DNA of 64,000 nt from Balanoglossus misakiensis (Eukaryota > Animalia > Hemichordata): NCBI GenBank assembly GCA_040954595.2, contig CM082591.2, forward strand, positions 9,103,612-9,167,611, read 5' to 3'. A program made the position numbers and the translations under genes. The notes beneath the pieces are model-generated. The model saw only the letters and a list, made by a program, of their open reading frames with translations. It searched no databases and was not told where the DNA came from. How positions within the stretch are numbered: the stretch's first letter is position 1; the number at the start of each line of letters is the position of its first letter. Below are positions 53,586 through 64,000 of the stretch, in pieces.

Positions 53586-53723
53586 CTGATATCTCCTGCC
53601 TTTGTACATACAATAAGATTCCACAGTACATTTTGGACAGCAACTGCCATCTGGTAAAATCTGGTTTTCTAGATCACAGTTGATTTGTTCACAATTGGGT
53701 CTTTCACAGGTTACCTCTCCATC
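53586..53723 (-). CDS. VWC junction exon
   Basis: DGEVTCERPNCEQINCDLENQILPDGSCCPKCTVESYCMYKGRRYQ. Phase 0-0. Confidence 0.85.
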
Positions 53724-54287
53724 CTTAACAGAAATTCAGAAAACATTTTATGACATAAAACAGGTCGACGGAGAGGATTAAAATGTTTTCAATAATCTGT
53801 ACAGTGAATATACAGGAAAAATAGCAACATTATTCAACAAGTTATACAAGTTATGTGAAAATGTTGCATCAAACTTTGATAGGGAAAATGTGCCATTCAA
53901 AGTGTTTGCTTGCAGGTACTGAACCAATTTCAGAATTTTCGATAAATTTTCAGAATTTCTTTTAAATCTTAGGTTTTCTTCAACAGACATAAGTGTTTCC
54001 ATCACCTTGATGTTTTCAAAAAGAGAAAGTATTATTTTTGAAATGTGGAATTACTGTAAAACATGTTATTTTCATGAGCAATAAATTTTTCGCGAAATAC
54101 GCGAGAACCAAAATAGCGTGAAAATAAAAAGTCGCATAAATTTTTTCGAAGATAATGATGCAGTGAATGAAATAAGAGAACGCGAAAATTAATACTAGCG
54201 AAACAGTGGCCTCTCTCGATATCGCGAAAATTTCAACTCGCAAAAATAAAGTGTTTTACAGTAGTTTGGAACACGGTTAAAATAATA

Positions 54288-57270
54288 AATTAAAGCTGCA
54301 AGCAGCGTTGGCGGGGCACAAGCGGTTCCCATGGTAACCAGCAAATGCCAAGGCTGTATATGCTGTGGATACCAAGAAATGGGAAAGTAGGTCAAAGGTC
54401 ACTTGAGGTCACCCCAAATTTGGGCATAAAAATCGGACCCCATACAAGTCTAGGTCCAACAAAAACAGGACCCCTAGCTCTATTGGTTCGCCTAGAATTA
54501 GGTATGCGCATAATTAATGAGGTCTTGTGTAAGACTCCATATGTGCTCCATCTGCCCCCTCAAAACCCAGGACTCTAACTGCTGTGGATGCTGAGATATG
54601 GGAAAGTAGATCAAAGGTCATCCAAGGTCACCCAAAATTTGGGCATAAAATTTTGACCCCAGAGTGGGCCATGTCCAACTAAAACCAGACCTCTAGCCCT
54701 ATTGGTTAGCCAGGAATTAGATATGCAGAAAAATGATGTTTCAGAAATAGGTCAAGGGTCATTGCCAAAATTACCAAAATATTTGTGTCATGTCCTAGAA
54801 GCATGCTGTATCTGCTGTGGAAGCCAAGATATGGGAAAGTAGGTCAAAGGTCACCTGAGGTCACCCCAAATTTGGGCAAAAAAATTGGACCCCATACTAG
54901 TCTAGGTCCAACAAAAACCAGACCTCTAGCCCTATTGGTTAGCCAGGAATTAGATATGCAGAAACATGATGTTTCAGAAATAGGTCAAGGGTCATTGCCA
55001 AAATTACCAAAATATTTGTGTCATGTCCTGGCAGCATGCTGTATCTGCTGTGGAAGCCAAGATATGGGAAAGTAGGTCAAAGGTCATATTGGTTCGCCTA
55101 GAATTAGGTATGTGCATAATTAATGAGGTCTAGTGTAAGACTCCATATGTGCTCCACCGGCCCCCCAAAAGCCAGGACTCTAACTGCTGTGGACGCTGAG
55201 ATATGGGAAAGTAGATAAAAGGTCATCCAAGGTCACCCAAAATTTGGGCATAAAATTTTGACCCCAGAGTTGACCATGTCCAACTAAAAGCAGACCTCTA
55301 GCCCTATTGGTTAGCCTGGAATTAGATATGCAGAAAAATGATGTTTCAGAAATAGGTCAAGGGTCATTGCCAAAATTACCAAAATAGTTGTGTCATGTCC
55401 TGGCAGCATTGGTACCCATGTCCACAAAATTCATGACTGTGGTGCTTTGACAAGAGGAGGTATGGGGAATATGCATATATAATTAGTTGTTTTCAAACTG
55501 GGTCAAAGGTCATGTGAAAATTGCCCCGAAAAATTGTGACAACTTCCGGTCATATGATGACTCATATCCAAAAAAAGAATTTCTGTGCTGTCAACATTTT
55601 GGCTACAAAACGGAATTATCACTTTTCAATGGTTTTCCGAAAATCCAACATGGCCGCCATAATGATCGACCAATCACAGTGCGCTTCGCAAACTTGATAG
55701 ACATAGGTTAGGTGACAACATATCCCAATTCCCGAGACTCGGTAACCGCTGGTTCTGGAGAAGAAGATTTTTAAAGTTTTAAGTAGTTTTTCAGAAAAAC
55801 AATTGTGGCAAAAAAACTTTATGCATGACGTCATGATTTCAATGGGGTAAAATGATGGACAGAAGGTAAGCTACCTGCACACCAAATTTGAACTCGATCG
55901 GCCCAGTGGTTTTTGAGAAGGACTCATTTAACGATTTTCAGGAAATCCAATATGGCCGCCAGGTCACGTGACTAATTAAATATTCACGAGCCACTGCACA
56001 TCTACTCATTGGCCCCTACCACCCTACCAAGTTTCAGCCCCCTAGGTGCTGCGGTTTTCCAGATCTACCATGACATATTTCTCGGAAGAAGAAGACGGAA
56101 TAATAAAGAAGAATTAAAGCTGCAAGCAGCATTGTCCGGGCCCAAGCTCTATTATCTGATCTGATGCTAATATAGTGTTAAGTAGGTCAAAGGTCACCCG
56201 AGGTCACCCAACATTTGGGCAAAATATTTTGACCCCATACTGGTCCATGTATAACAAAAACAAAACCTCTAGGTCTATTGGTTCATCATTAATTAGGTAT
56301 GCGCATATTTAATGAGGTCACCAGAGGTCAAAGGGGTCATGAAAAGTAGCAAAATGTTTTGATCACATACAAATCCACATACATCAAAAACCAAACTTAT
56401 AGCCCTATTGGTTAGCCTGGAATTAGATATGCAGAAAAATGATTCGTCAAAAGTAGGTCAAAGGTCATTGCCAAAATTACAAAAATATTTATAGCTTATT
56501 CTTGTCATATGATGATTCATATCCATAAAAAGAATTTCTGTGCTATCAATTTTTAGGCTAGAAAAGGAATTTTTACTTTTTAATCGTTTTTCACAAAATC
56601 CAATATGGCCGCCATAATCTTCAACCAATCACATTCCCCTTCGCAAAATTGATAGACATCCGTTTAATGACCACACACACCAAATCTTGTGACTCGGTTA
56701 TCGCCCGTTCTGGAGGAGAAGATTTTTGAAGTTTTACTATGGTTTTTCGAAAATTCAATATGGCCGCCATAATCTTTGACCAATCCCAATGATCTTCGCA
56801 AACTTGATAGACATCAGTTAGGTGACCACATAACCCAAACGGCGTGACTCGGTTATCGCCGGTTCTGGAGAAGAAGATTTTTGAAATTTTGACCAGATTT
56901 CAGAAAAACAACTGTAGCAAAAAAACTGCAACATTGACAGCAAAATATCCAATTACAAAAATGATGGGCAGAGGGTATACTACCAGCACGCCAAATCTGA
57001 AGTCGATCTGACTTGTAGTTTCTGAGATCTGAGATTTGCATTTTTTCAGAAAATCCAATATGGCCGCCATGTCACGTGACTAATTAAGTATTCACAAGTC
57101 ACTGCACATCTACTCATTGACCTTGACCACTGTAGCAAGTTTGAGAACTGTACCTGCAGCGGTGTCTGAGATCTAGAGCGCGAAAGAAATGAACCAAGAA
57201 TAAAGAAAGAAAGAAAAACCCCAACGAAACCAATACGGGCCCAAGCCTGGCTTGGCTTGGGCCCGTAAAA
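54288..57270 (-). mobile_element. Two adjacent or nested Helentron-associated (HINE/DINE-1-like) non-autonomous elements with internal tandem subrepeats
   Basis: Terminal motif AATTAAAGCTGCAAGCAGC at 54288 and 56112. Hairpin end ACGGGCCCAAGCC...GGCTTGGGCCCGTAAAA at ~57235-57270. Internal repeats GGTCAAAGGTCA and CCTATTGGTTAGCC. An isolated end also occurs at ~31915-31952. Confidence 0.65.
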
Positions 57271-57379
57271 ATTCCAACAATACCAATAGGGGCAAAAGCC
57301 CGATAGGCTTATGCCCCTAACTACACGCAACAAACATTAGAGGTTCACCAGAAGACGAAGTGTTAGATCAGAAACTTAC

Positions 57380-57471
57380 CAGACATGTGCAAAGGCTGCA
57401 AGGATCAGCCAATGGAACAAACTGTTCACCAGTTTTGTAAATCTGATTCTCAAAGCTACATTCCAAAGGAC
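57380..57471 (-). CDS. VWC first-half exon
   Basis: SPLECSFENQIYKTGEQFVPLADPCSLCTCL. Phase 1-0. Confidence 0.85.
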
Positions 57472-57563
57472 CTGTAAATGGAACATGACAACTGGTGGGA
57501 TTATCTAGAGGAAGTGGAAAGTCACTGACTTCTGAAATGTAGTGAATACTAGTACTCTCTTAA

Positions 57564-58192
57564 AGGCAATAGATCGTCTCACGCGCATGTGTGTAACTTC
57601 CCAGCAAATTTTCCGTTTGATGCATTCAAATAGTGGACTGCCTTCGCTTCCTTCCATATTTCATGCGCACCGTATAAGTAGATTCTGGTTTTGTCCCTCC
57701 TTTTTACCCAAGCTGGTGTTTTCTCACGATCTCCAACATAGATTATGGTCGCCGCCATCTTGTCTGTTGTTAGGACAGAGCACTGCCTTATGGGATTGAC
57801 TGTTCACTAAATGTCTGTAACCAGCGGCTACAGCTGGAACATGCGTGTGAGACGAGCTAGGTGCTTTAAAGGGCAGTGATCATCTTATGCGCATGTGCCA
57901 AACCAGAGACTCTGGTTACATAAATTGTATACAGTCATTGCCATAAGGCAGTGTGCTGTCCTGACAACAGACAAGATGGCGGCAACCACAATCTATGGCT
58001 GATTGGGAAAAAACAGCAAATTGGATGAAAAGAAGGGACAAAACTAAAGTCTGGGTGAACATGAAATATAGAAGTAAGCGAAGGAAGTCCACTATTTGAA
58101 TGTATTGAACGCAAACTTTGCAGAACACTTGGATTGGATGTAATGTTTGTAGACATTAATTACACACATGTGCATAAGACGATCATTGGCCT
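57564..58192. mobile_element. Two related TTAA-target MITEs in opposite orientation sharing one TTAA (57866-57869)
   Basis: TTAA|AGGCAATAGATCGTCTCACGCGCATG...GTGCT|TTAA|AGGGCAGTGATCATC...GGCCT. Confidence 0.65.
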
Positions 58193-58340
58193 TTTACAGA
58201 CTTTGTCACTGTGAGCAATAAATTGTATCAAGGAATACATACTCTCAGTTGTATTGAAACTTTTTGTGTTTTAAAAAGTTACCACAGACACGCATTGCAT
58301 GATTGAACACCATTTGTTGATGTACATAAAAAAAACTTAC

Positions 58341-58440
58341 TTGCACAGCGTTGACAGCATTCACCTGCATCACGTAGGATTCTATCTTCGTTACATTCTA
58401 ACTCAGGACACAATTTGACATCACATGAAGCATGACCATC
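58341..58440 (-). CDS. VWC second-half exon
   Basis: DGHASCDVKLCPELECNEDRILRDAGECCQRCA. Phase 0-1. Confidence 0.88.
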
Positions 58441-58783
58441 CTGACAGAAAATACACACAGAGACAATAAGACAACAACTCATATGGTTACCAATTGATCA
58501 TACACTTGTTAAAAATTCACACAAAAACACATTTATCAACATCAGTAAAAATTGAACAATGAATGCTGGACTGTTTTTCCAATTCACCACTTTTTTAAAT
58601 CAAAGTATTTTATTTTCTTTGCAACAGCTTTGTGGATGTCTAACTGCAGGGAGATCTAACTTCAACCCTTACGCCAACATGGTTGGTCCAAAGCAATTGT
58701 TTTCTATGGTAAAGTTGGACTTCCAAACAGGGAAATGGGGATGAAAGGTTAATATAAGACTTGCATCTGGGTTATTCACTTAC

Positions 58784-58884
58784 CATACATATACATGATG
58801 TACAAGGATTGAGTTTAAATTCTGTGCCATTCTGATATACAATGCCTGTTGTATTATTCTCACAAACTCTTTCCAAAGGCTCTC
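58784..58884 (-). CDS. VWC first-half exon
   Basis: GEPLERVCENNTTGIVYQNGTEFKLNPCTSCICM. Phase 1-0. Confidence 0.85.
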
Positions 58885-59276
58885 CTATATAGGATAAAGA
58901 AAACATTATACGACACACATATTCACAAGTGAGCATGATTGATGTGAGGTCACATGAGTCTCAAAGCCAATCAGCGTGTACAACATTCAGACCATTCATC
59001 TCATGGTTCATTTCCAGGAAATGCAAGTTTTTTTCAATAGTTTTCCAGGGCTTTCAGACCAAAAAATCAATTTTCTGAATATTTTTAATTAGATTTCTAT
59101 GACTTTTGAAGCCAAAACTGACATTTCCTGGGAGTGATTATGCAGATCTTGTGTCAAAAACATCAACAATATTCTGGGACTTTCAGGAATGAATTTCATT
59201 TTTATATTTCTGTCTTTTCAACAAGTGCATAAATTTTGTCAATATTGTCAGAAAAGAATTTTTTAAAAACACTGAC

Positions 59277-59376
59277 CTGTACATGTTGGGCAACATGCAG
59301 AGTGTTCTACTGTGACTCTCTCTGGAGGACAATTCAGTGTTGGACAGAGAATTGGTAGACACAGCAATATTTCTTC
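59277..59376 (-). CDS. VWC second-half exon
   Basis: EEILLCLPILCPTLNCPPERVTVEHSACCPTCT. Phase 0-1. Confidence 0.85.
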
Positions 59377-59875
59377 CTGTAATCAAAAGTTATATGATTC
59401 AATCTGGCATACATGCACAATTATCATATACTCTACTGTGGAATCATGTCCTCATTTAACGGCTTCGTGCATTTTCTATGTATCATGCACGGGCTAGTTG
59501 CCCAATTAAGATCACTGTTTTTGTTCTTGTGGTATCCTTAAATAATTCTTATGAAAACACATCAGAGTGAGATTTTAACCTGTTTTTTTTCAGTGCTTTG
59601 ATCGTAGAACAGTGTAAAAAGCTCCCAAGAAGTCCAATAACTGATACAATTATTTTACATCTTTATATCATTTTTGTTCAGGATGAATCTCCTGTCTATG
59701 GTTAATGGAACAAAAATTGTCATTTGTTGAATATAAATTAATTGTTGTTTCATCTGTAGTTTAATGATCTGTTTCCTTGACCACACAAATTAAAGTTATT
59801 ATAAAAATTGTATACACATGTTGGTTGTAATTGGAGAATAAGACAAGAATTCGCTCATTAAGATGTCCATCTTAC

Positions 59876-60053
59876 CGAACACTGGCATTCCAAACATTGG
59901 TCGATCGTCATCTGGTTTAAAAATAGCACCTTCCTTATAAGTGACACCTCTGAATTCGCAACCAATACATGCTTGACAACACTGGTTTGGAACTCGCACT
60001 GGGTTCTCACACGGTGCTGGACATGTGACAGTTGTACAGGAGATGTCTTGGTC
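59876..60053 (-). pseudogene. VWC junction exon with +1 frameshift
   Basis: DQDISCTTVTC...NQCCQACIGCEFRGVTYKEGAIFKPDDD then shifts (~59903) to DQCLECQCS. 178 nt between phase-0 sites. Confidence 0.88.
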
Positions 60054-60310
60054 CTGTCAACACAAGAAAAAAAAACGTCCAAGTTACAAACAAGAGAAAT
60101 ACTGTAAAACACTTTATTTTCGCGAGTTGAAATTTTCGCGATATTGAAAGATGCCACTGTTTTGCGAGTATTAATTTTCATGTTCTATTATTTCATTCAC
60201 TGCATTGTTATCTTCAAAAAAATTTACGCTACTTTTTATTTTCACGTTATTTTGGCTCTCGCGTATTTGGCGAAAATGTATTGCTCGCGAAATTAAAGTG
60301 TTTTACAGTA

Positions 60311-60620
60311 TGAATGAATGAATGAATTTTATTTCACCAGAGATATGTCGATATATATATATATATATAATACACTGAATGTAAAAGGAAGATGTTACAT
60401 ATTTCCAGTGTGGACCATGGAAATAGTTTCGCCGAAACTAGTCTAGTCCATGGTGCATATTTCTGAGTTAATTAATTATAAAGATGTCAAACAGTTGTAA
60501 ACGACACTAGTTACACAAGATAACATAATTGATACACAGATTAAAAATTATTATATAAATAGCCCAAAGTACAGATCTAGAAATCTAATTACTGAGATAT
60601 ATGACAAGAAGCAAAGATCC
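60311..60620 (-). mobile_element. 3' end of a CR1/L2-type LINE
   Basis: Minus strand ends in AATAAA followed by a (TTCA)n tail. Stem-loop-like CCATGG...CCATGG region upstream. Confidence 0.45.
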
Positions 60621-61178
60621 ACAAAACATGAAAGCTCATCAGAACAGCAGAATGTGACACTGTACACATTGTTGCTGCACAAAAATGTCTTGGCATGAAC
60701 ACACTGCATGTGCTTATCACCCTCAAAGCCAAAAGTGCTCTGCATGTGCTTATAACAATCAAAGCCAAATGTGCTCTAACACAAGATATATTCTTCATTA
60801 AAGGGACAAAGTCTCTCTTCTTCCCCATTTTTAATTAATTATGTTTGATACAAGACACCGTTTATGTTATTCTACATGTGGATTTATAGGGAATCAACGT
60901 TCAACCACACACTACCTCCATCCCACTTGTAGACGAGAGGGGAAAATCTCGCCAAAATGAATAATCAGTCTCTACCATTTATTCATTTTGGGCGAGTTTT
61001 TATTTTCATATCATATAAGCGGGATGGAAGTTGTGTGTGGTTTAACGTCCATTCACTACATGTACATATACACATGTACATTTACATAAACAGTGTCTTG
61101 TATCAAACATAATTAATTGGAAAGGGGCAGCGAGAGAGAGACTTTGTCCCTTTAAATCCACCAATCAAAGTAACTTAC

Positions 61179-61264
61179 ATCACATATACATGTTGTACAG
61201 GGATCATCTTGAAGAGTCCACATGTCACCATGGTGATACGTTGTGTCATCAATGACCGGACAGT
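61179..61264 (-). CDS. VWC first-half exon
   Basis: CPVIDDTTYHHGDMWTLQDDPCTTCICD. Phase 1-0. Confidence 0.85.
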
Positions 61265-61299
61265 CTAAACAAAGAGACAAAGAAGACATTTTATACAGC

Positions 61300-62460
61300 G
61301 CTATGTCACTCTGGTTGAAAACATGATGATATGGAATACCATTATCTGGGTGTTCAAATTATATAGAATTCTTCTGTTTTGCAGTATTAAAATTGTTTTT
61401 ATTACTTTTCTGATCAATATACTGGTATTGTGTAAATGAGCGTCCTTGTCACTACAAGCAACCAGTCGATCGAGTATGGAGCAATATGTCACGCCTCTGG
61501 CCATTTTTGCAGTTGTCATTCATCGGATTAACTACGTGCTGTTTTCTCATTAGCAATTATAACGAACGTCTTTGAACACGGTTCGCGCGCTCCAACAGCT
61601 TCGTGCGGTAATGTAGTAATCTTCTTCCAAATGTAGACTTCGTGGTTGGTAATTTCAACACTGTTGATCGTCAACAGCATGATAAAAACAACTGAAAACT
61701 ATATATGGGGTTCATTTGAAAAATCACCTGCGACAGGCTGTGATTTCGCTATCCAGCGAAATCACGGCCAGTCGGCTTTCTTCCCTTGTCCAGTAAGGCA
61801 AGTAGGCGGTAAGCTGGAGGGGTCAGGCGGTAGGAAGAGTTCACCAAAAGAGGGCGCATTTTATCATCCATTGTTTATAATGTGTAGTGTATGAGCAGAG
61901 AAGCCTCAGTGTTCCGGTTAGAACCGTATCGGTAAGACAAAGACAGAAGAGTTGACCGACAACAAATTTATTCAGTTTATATCATATAATTCCTACTTAA
62001 ACGTTCCCTGAATAAATCCCTGTGGTTAAACCACAGTCGCGCGTGTTTAAACCAAATAAATAAAACAAAAATAATGTTGAATTAACGGACGTTTTATTTT
62101 GGAACTGCTCTGTGGAAATATTTGTCGCTTTGCCACGCGCGATGCCCGTCTTGTCACTTTTTGTCGTCTGCTTCATGTTTAATGCTCGATCCCGGCCGCT
62201 CGTGTTTACATTCGTCGTCGCCATGTTGGTTCACGATCGTAATTTCTCTTTCTGACACCGTTTCGGTAAGAAAATACACTGATATGCCACAAAAACAGTT
62301 GTTGATATAATATATTAGCAATAACCCCGCCTCAGTCGGGTATACACTCCATTTGGGTACAATTCGCTCCATATAGCACTCGCCTGACGGCTCGTGCTAT
62401 ATGTCTCGAATTGTACCCAAATCTCGTGTATACCCGCCTGCGACGGGGGTTATTGCTTAA
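61300..62460. mobile_element. Degenerate Crypton-like element ending in a ~145-bp palindrome
   Basis: Imperfect palindrome 62315-62460 centred on GCACTCGCCTGACGGCTCGTGC. The CpG-rich interior has only weak, decayed coding similarity. Left boundary uncertain. Confidence 0.45.
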
Positions 62461-62993
62461 TTATTTAACGGGTTATTAATATAGAAATTATGGACGACGC
62501 CCTGACCATTGATACTATAAATAGTAAAGGAATACATGTGTGCACCATTTTCATGATGCATGTAGACTAGACAATATTTCTTCTACGTGTATTAGCGGAA
62601 CATTTTTCCACAGTGTAGTTTACTAGAAAAAAAACTTAAAGGGAAAATGACAAAATCCCTCTGTCGCTGCCTTTTTTCCCTTAATTATGTTTGATACAAG
62701 ACACTGTTTATGTTATTCTACATGTGGATATATAGTGAATCAACGTTCGACCACCCACAATTTGTATGCCACTTGTAGATGCGAGAGTTAAAAAACTCAC
62801 CACAATGAATAAACGGTCTCTACCATTTATTCATTTTGGGCGAGTTTTTATTCTTGTAACCTACAAGTGGGATGGAAGATGTGTGTGGTTGAACGCTCAT
62901 TCACTACATGTATGCATGTAAATTAACATAAATGGTGTCTTGTATCTAACATAATTAATGGAAAAGGGGCAGCGAGGGAGAGACTTTGTCCCT

Positions 62994-64000
62994 TTAAAGG
63001 CATACGCCCATATATGGCTGAAATGGCGTATTTGAGCGTTCTATAGAACAAATGGTGGCACTCTTTTTTACGCTTGTGCCACCCACTGAAAATCTGTGAT
63101 TGGTAGCTAGTCCTCAATTTGCCATGGTAACTATTGCTGATTTTCCATAGGTGACTGTATACCTTTGAGAGTGTCTACCGAAGAATGTTGCTATGATCGT
63201 AGCATTGTAACAACAGACGTCAAATGTTACCAAAAATTTGTAAACAAATGATATTCAAAGAATGCTTATTATGTACGTAACACATTCTGGACAGTTTTGA
63301 GGTCCCAGAATCACATTCTGTGTCTCTATTTGGCTACTCTTTCTGATTGCTCACATTTGATGGTTTGAAGGACTTCCAAAGGCAATCTGGCTGGCGTTGT
63401 TTCACATAACAATTTCTTATATCTCTTGCATTTTGTAAACAAGTCCAAATCCTTAGACTGTTGCTCCCCTTTGAAATCTAGTTTTATCGACTTTGGTAAC
63501 ATTTCCTGGGTTTATGACACATTTTGATCACATTATGTCTAAATATGGTATAGTATGCACCCAGACATAAGTGACACACGTCAGCCTCCACTATGTTTTC
63601 GTGTAAACTTGGCTGTCAGTTTTTAATAACCTCATAATATATTGATAATTAGACTTACGTGGAACACATTTCTGGCAGCATTCACCATCAATATGGCCGA
63701 TCTCTTCTTCCTGGAAATATAAACAACAAATGAATTATTACCACAGTAAATACAAATTGTATATCCACTGAGAAGACACACAATAAAACATCTATAGCAC
63801 AGTGTCTTCAAATTTTTAATACTGAGAAACCTGTCTATTAAAGACACTTTCAGGAACAGAAAGACTGTCCTTATTGCAGAGGTGTCCTTAATGACAGATT
63901 TCACTGTAATTGTATAGAAAAAAATTGAAATGGGTAAAATGTAAGTGAATGGAACATCCCTCTTCCATAATACTGAACCTTATAAACGAATGTGCCGCTA
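62994..64000. repeat. Recent direct duplication of 51444-52450 (offset 11,550 bp), continuing past the window end
   Basis: About 16 substitutions and no indels over 1007 bp by eye. Includes a TTAA MITE and the 52-nt VWC exon. Confidence 0.95.
63659..63710 (-). CDS. VWC terminal micro-exon (duplicate copy)
   Basis: EEEIGHIDGECCQKCVP. CAG/GTAAGT sites. Splices in frame to 61264. Confidence 0.8.

Larger units (their letters stand above)
49764..63710 (-). pseudogene. KCP: Kielin/chordin-like (KCP/BMPER family) gene segment: tandem VWC repeats, VWD and C8 domains; the 5' part lies beyond the window
   Basis: GT-AG exons: 63659-63710, 61179-61264, 59876-60053 (frameshift), 59277-59376, 58784-58884, 58341-58440, 57380-57471, 53586-53723, 52849-52947, 52109-52160, 51120-51416 (VWD, CIVFGDPHYRTYD), 50569-50716 (LCGLCGNFND), 49764-49941 (C8). 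The VWD-to-C8 linker exon is missing. Confidence 0.8.

Overview
AT-rich, repeat-dense animal genomic DNA with spliceosomal introns. The repeat families and gene content suggest a marine invertebrate, possibly a deuterostome (inference). Layout: (1) 1-7686 is a complex (GAT)n satellite punctuated by ten copies of a conserved ~80-bp GT-rich cassette. (2) ~12.3-21.6 kb holds scattered minus-strand exon-like segments, including a 152-nt exon triplicated in a ~485-bp tandem repeat. (3) 22075-26283 is a PIF/Harbinger (PHIS) DNA transposon with unusually long ~263-bp TIRs, a DDE transposase interrupted by one in-frame TAG, and a divergent, spliced Myb/SANT-like proline-rich partner gene. (4) 31.3-32.9 kb holds the two last exons of a Gln-rich MED25-like gene with disabling lesions. 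(5) 34.8-63.7 kb is a minus-strand multi-exon kielin/chordin-like locus (VWC repeats, VWD, C8, then EGF, more VWC repeats, two calcium-binding EGF). Its splice sites are intact, but it carries several frameshift, nonsense and deletion lesions plus a recent ~1-kb exon duplication. Introns are packed with MITEs (TA-, TTAA- and TWA-flanked), Helentron-like and Crypton-like elements and LINE ends. Most entries in the ORF track are spurious. All identities were judged by eye without database searches.
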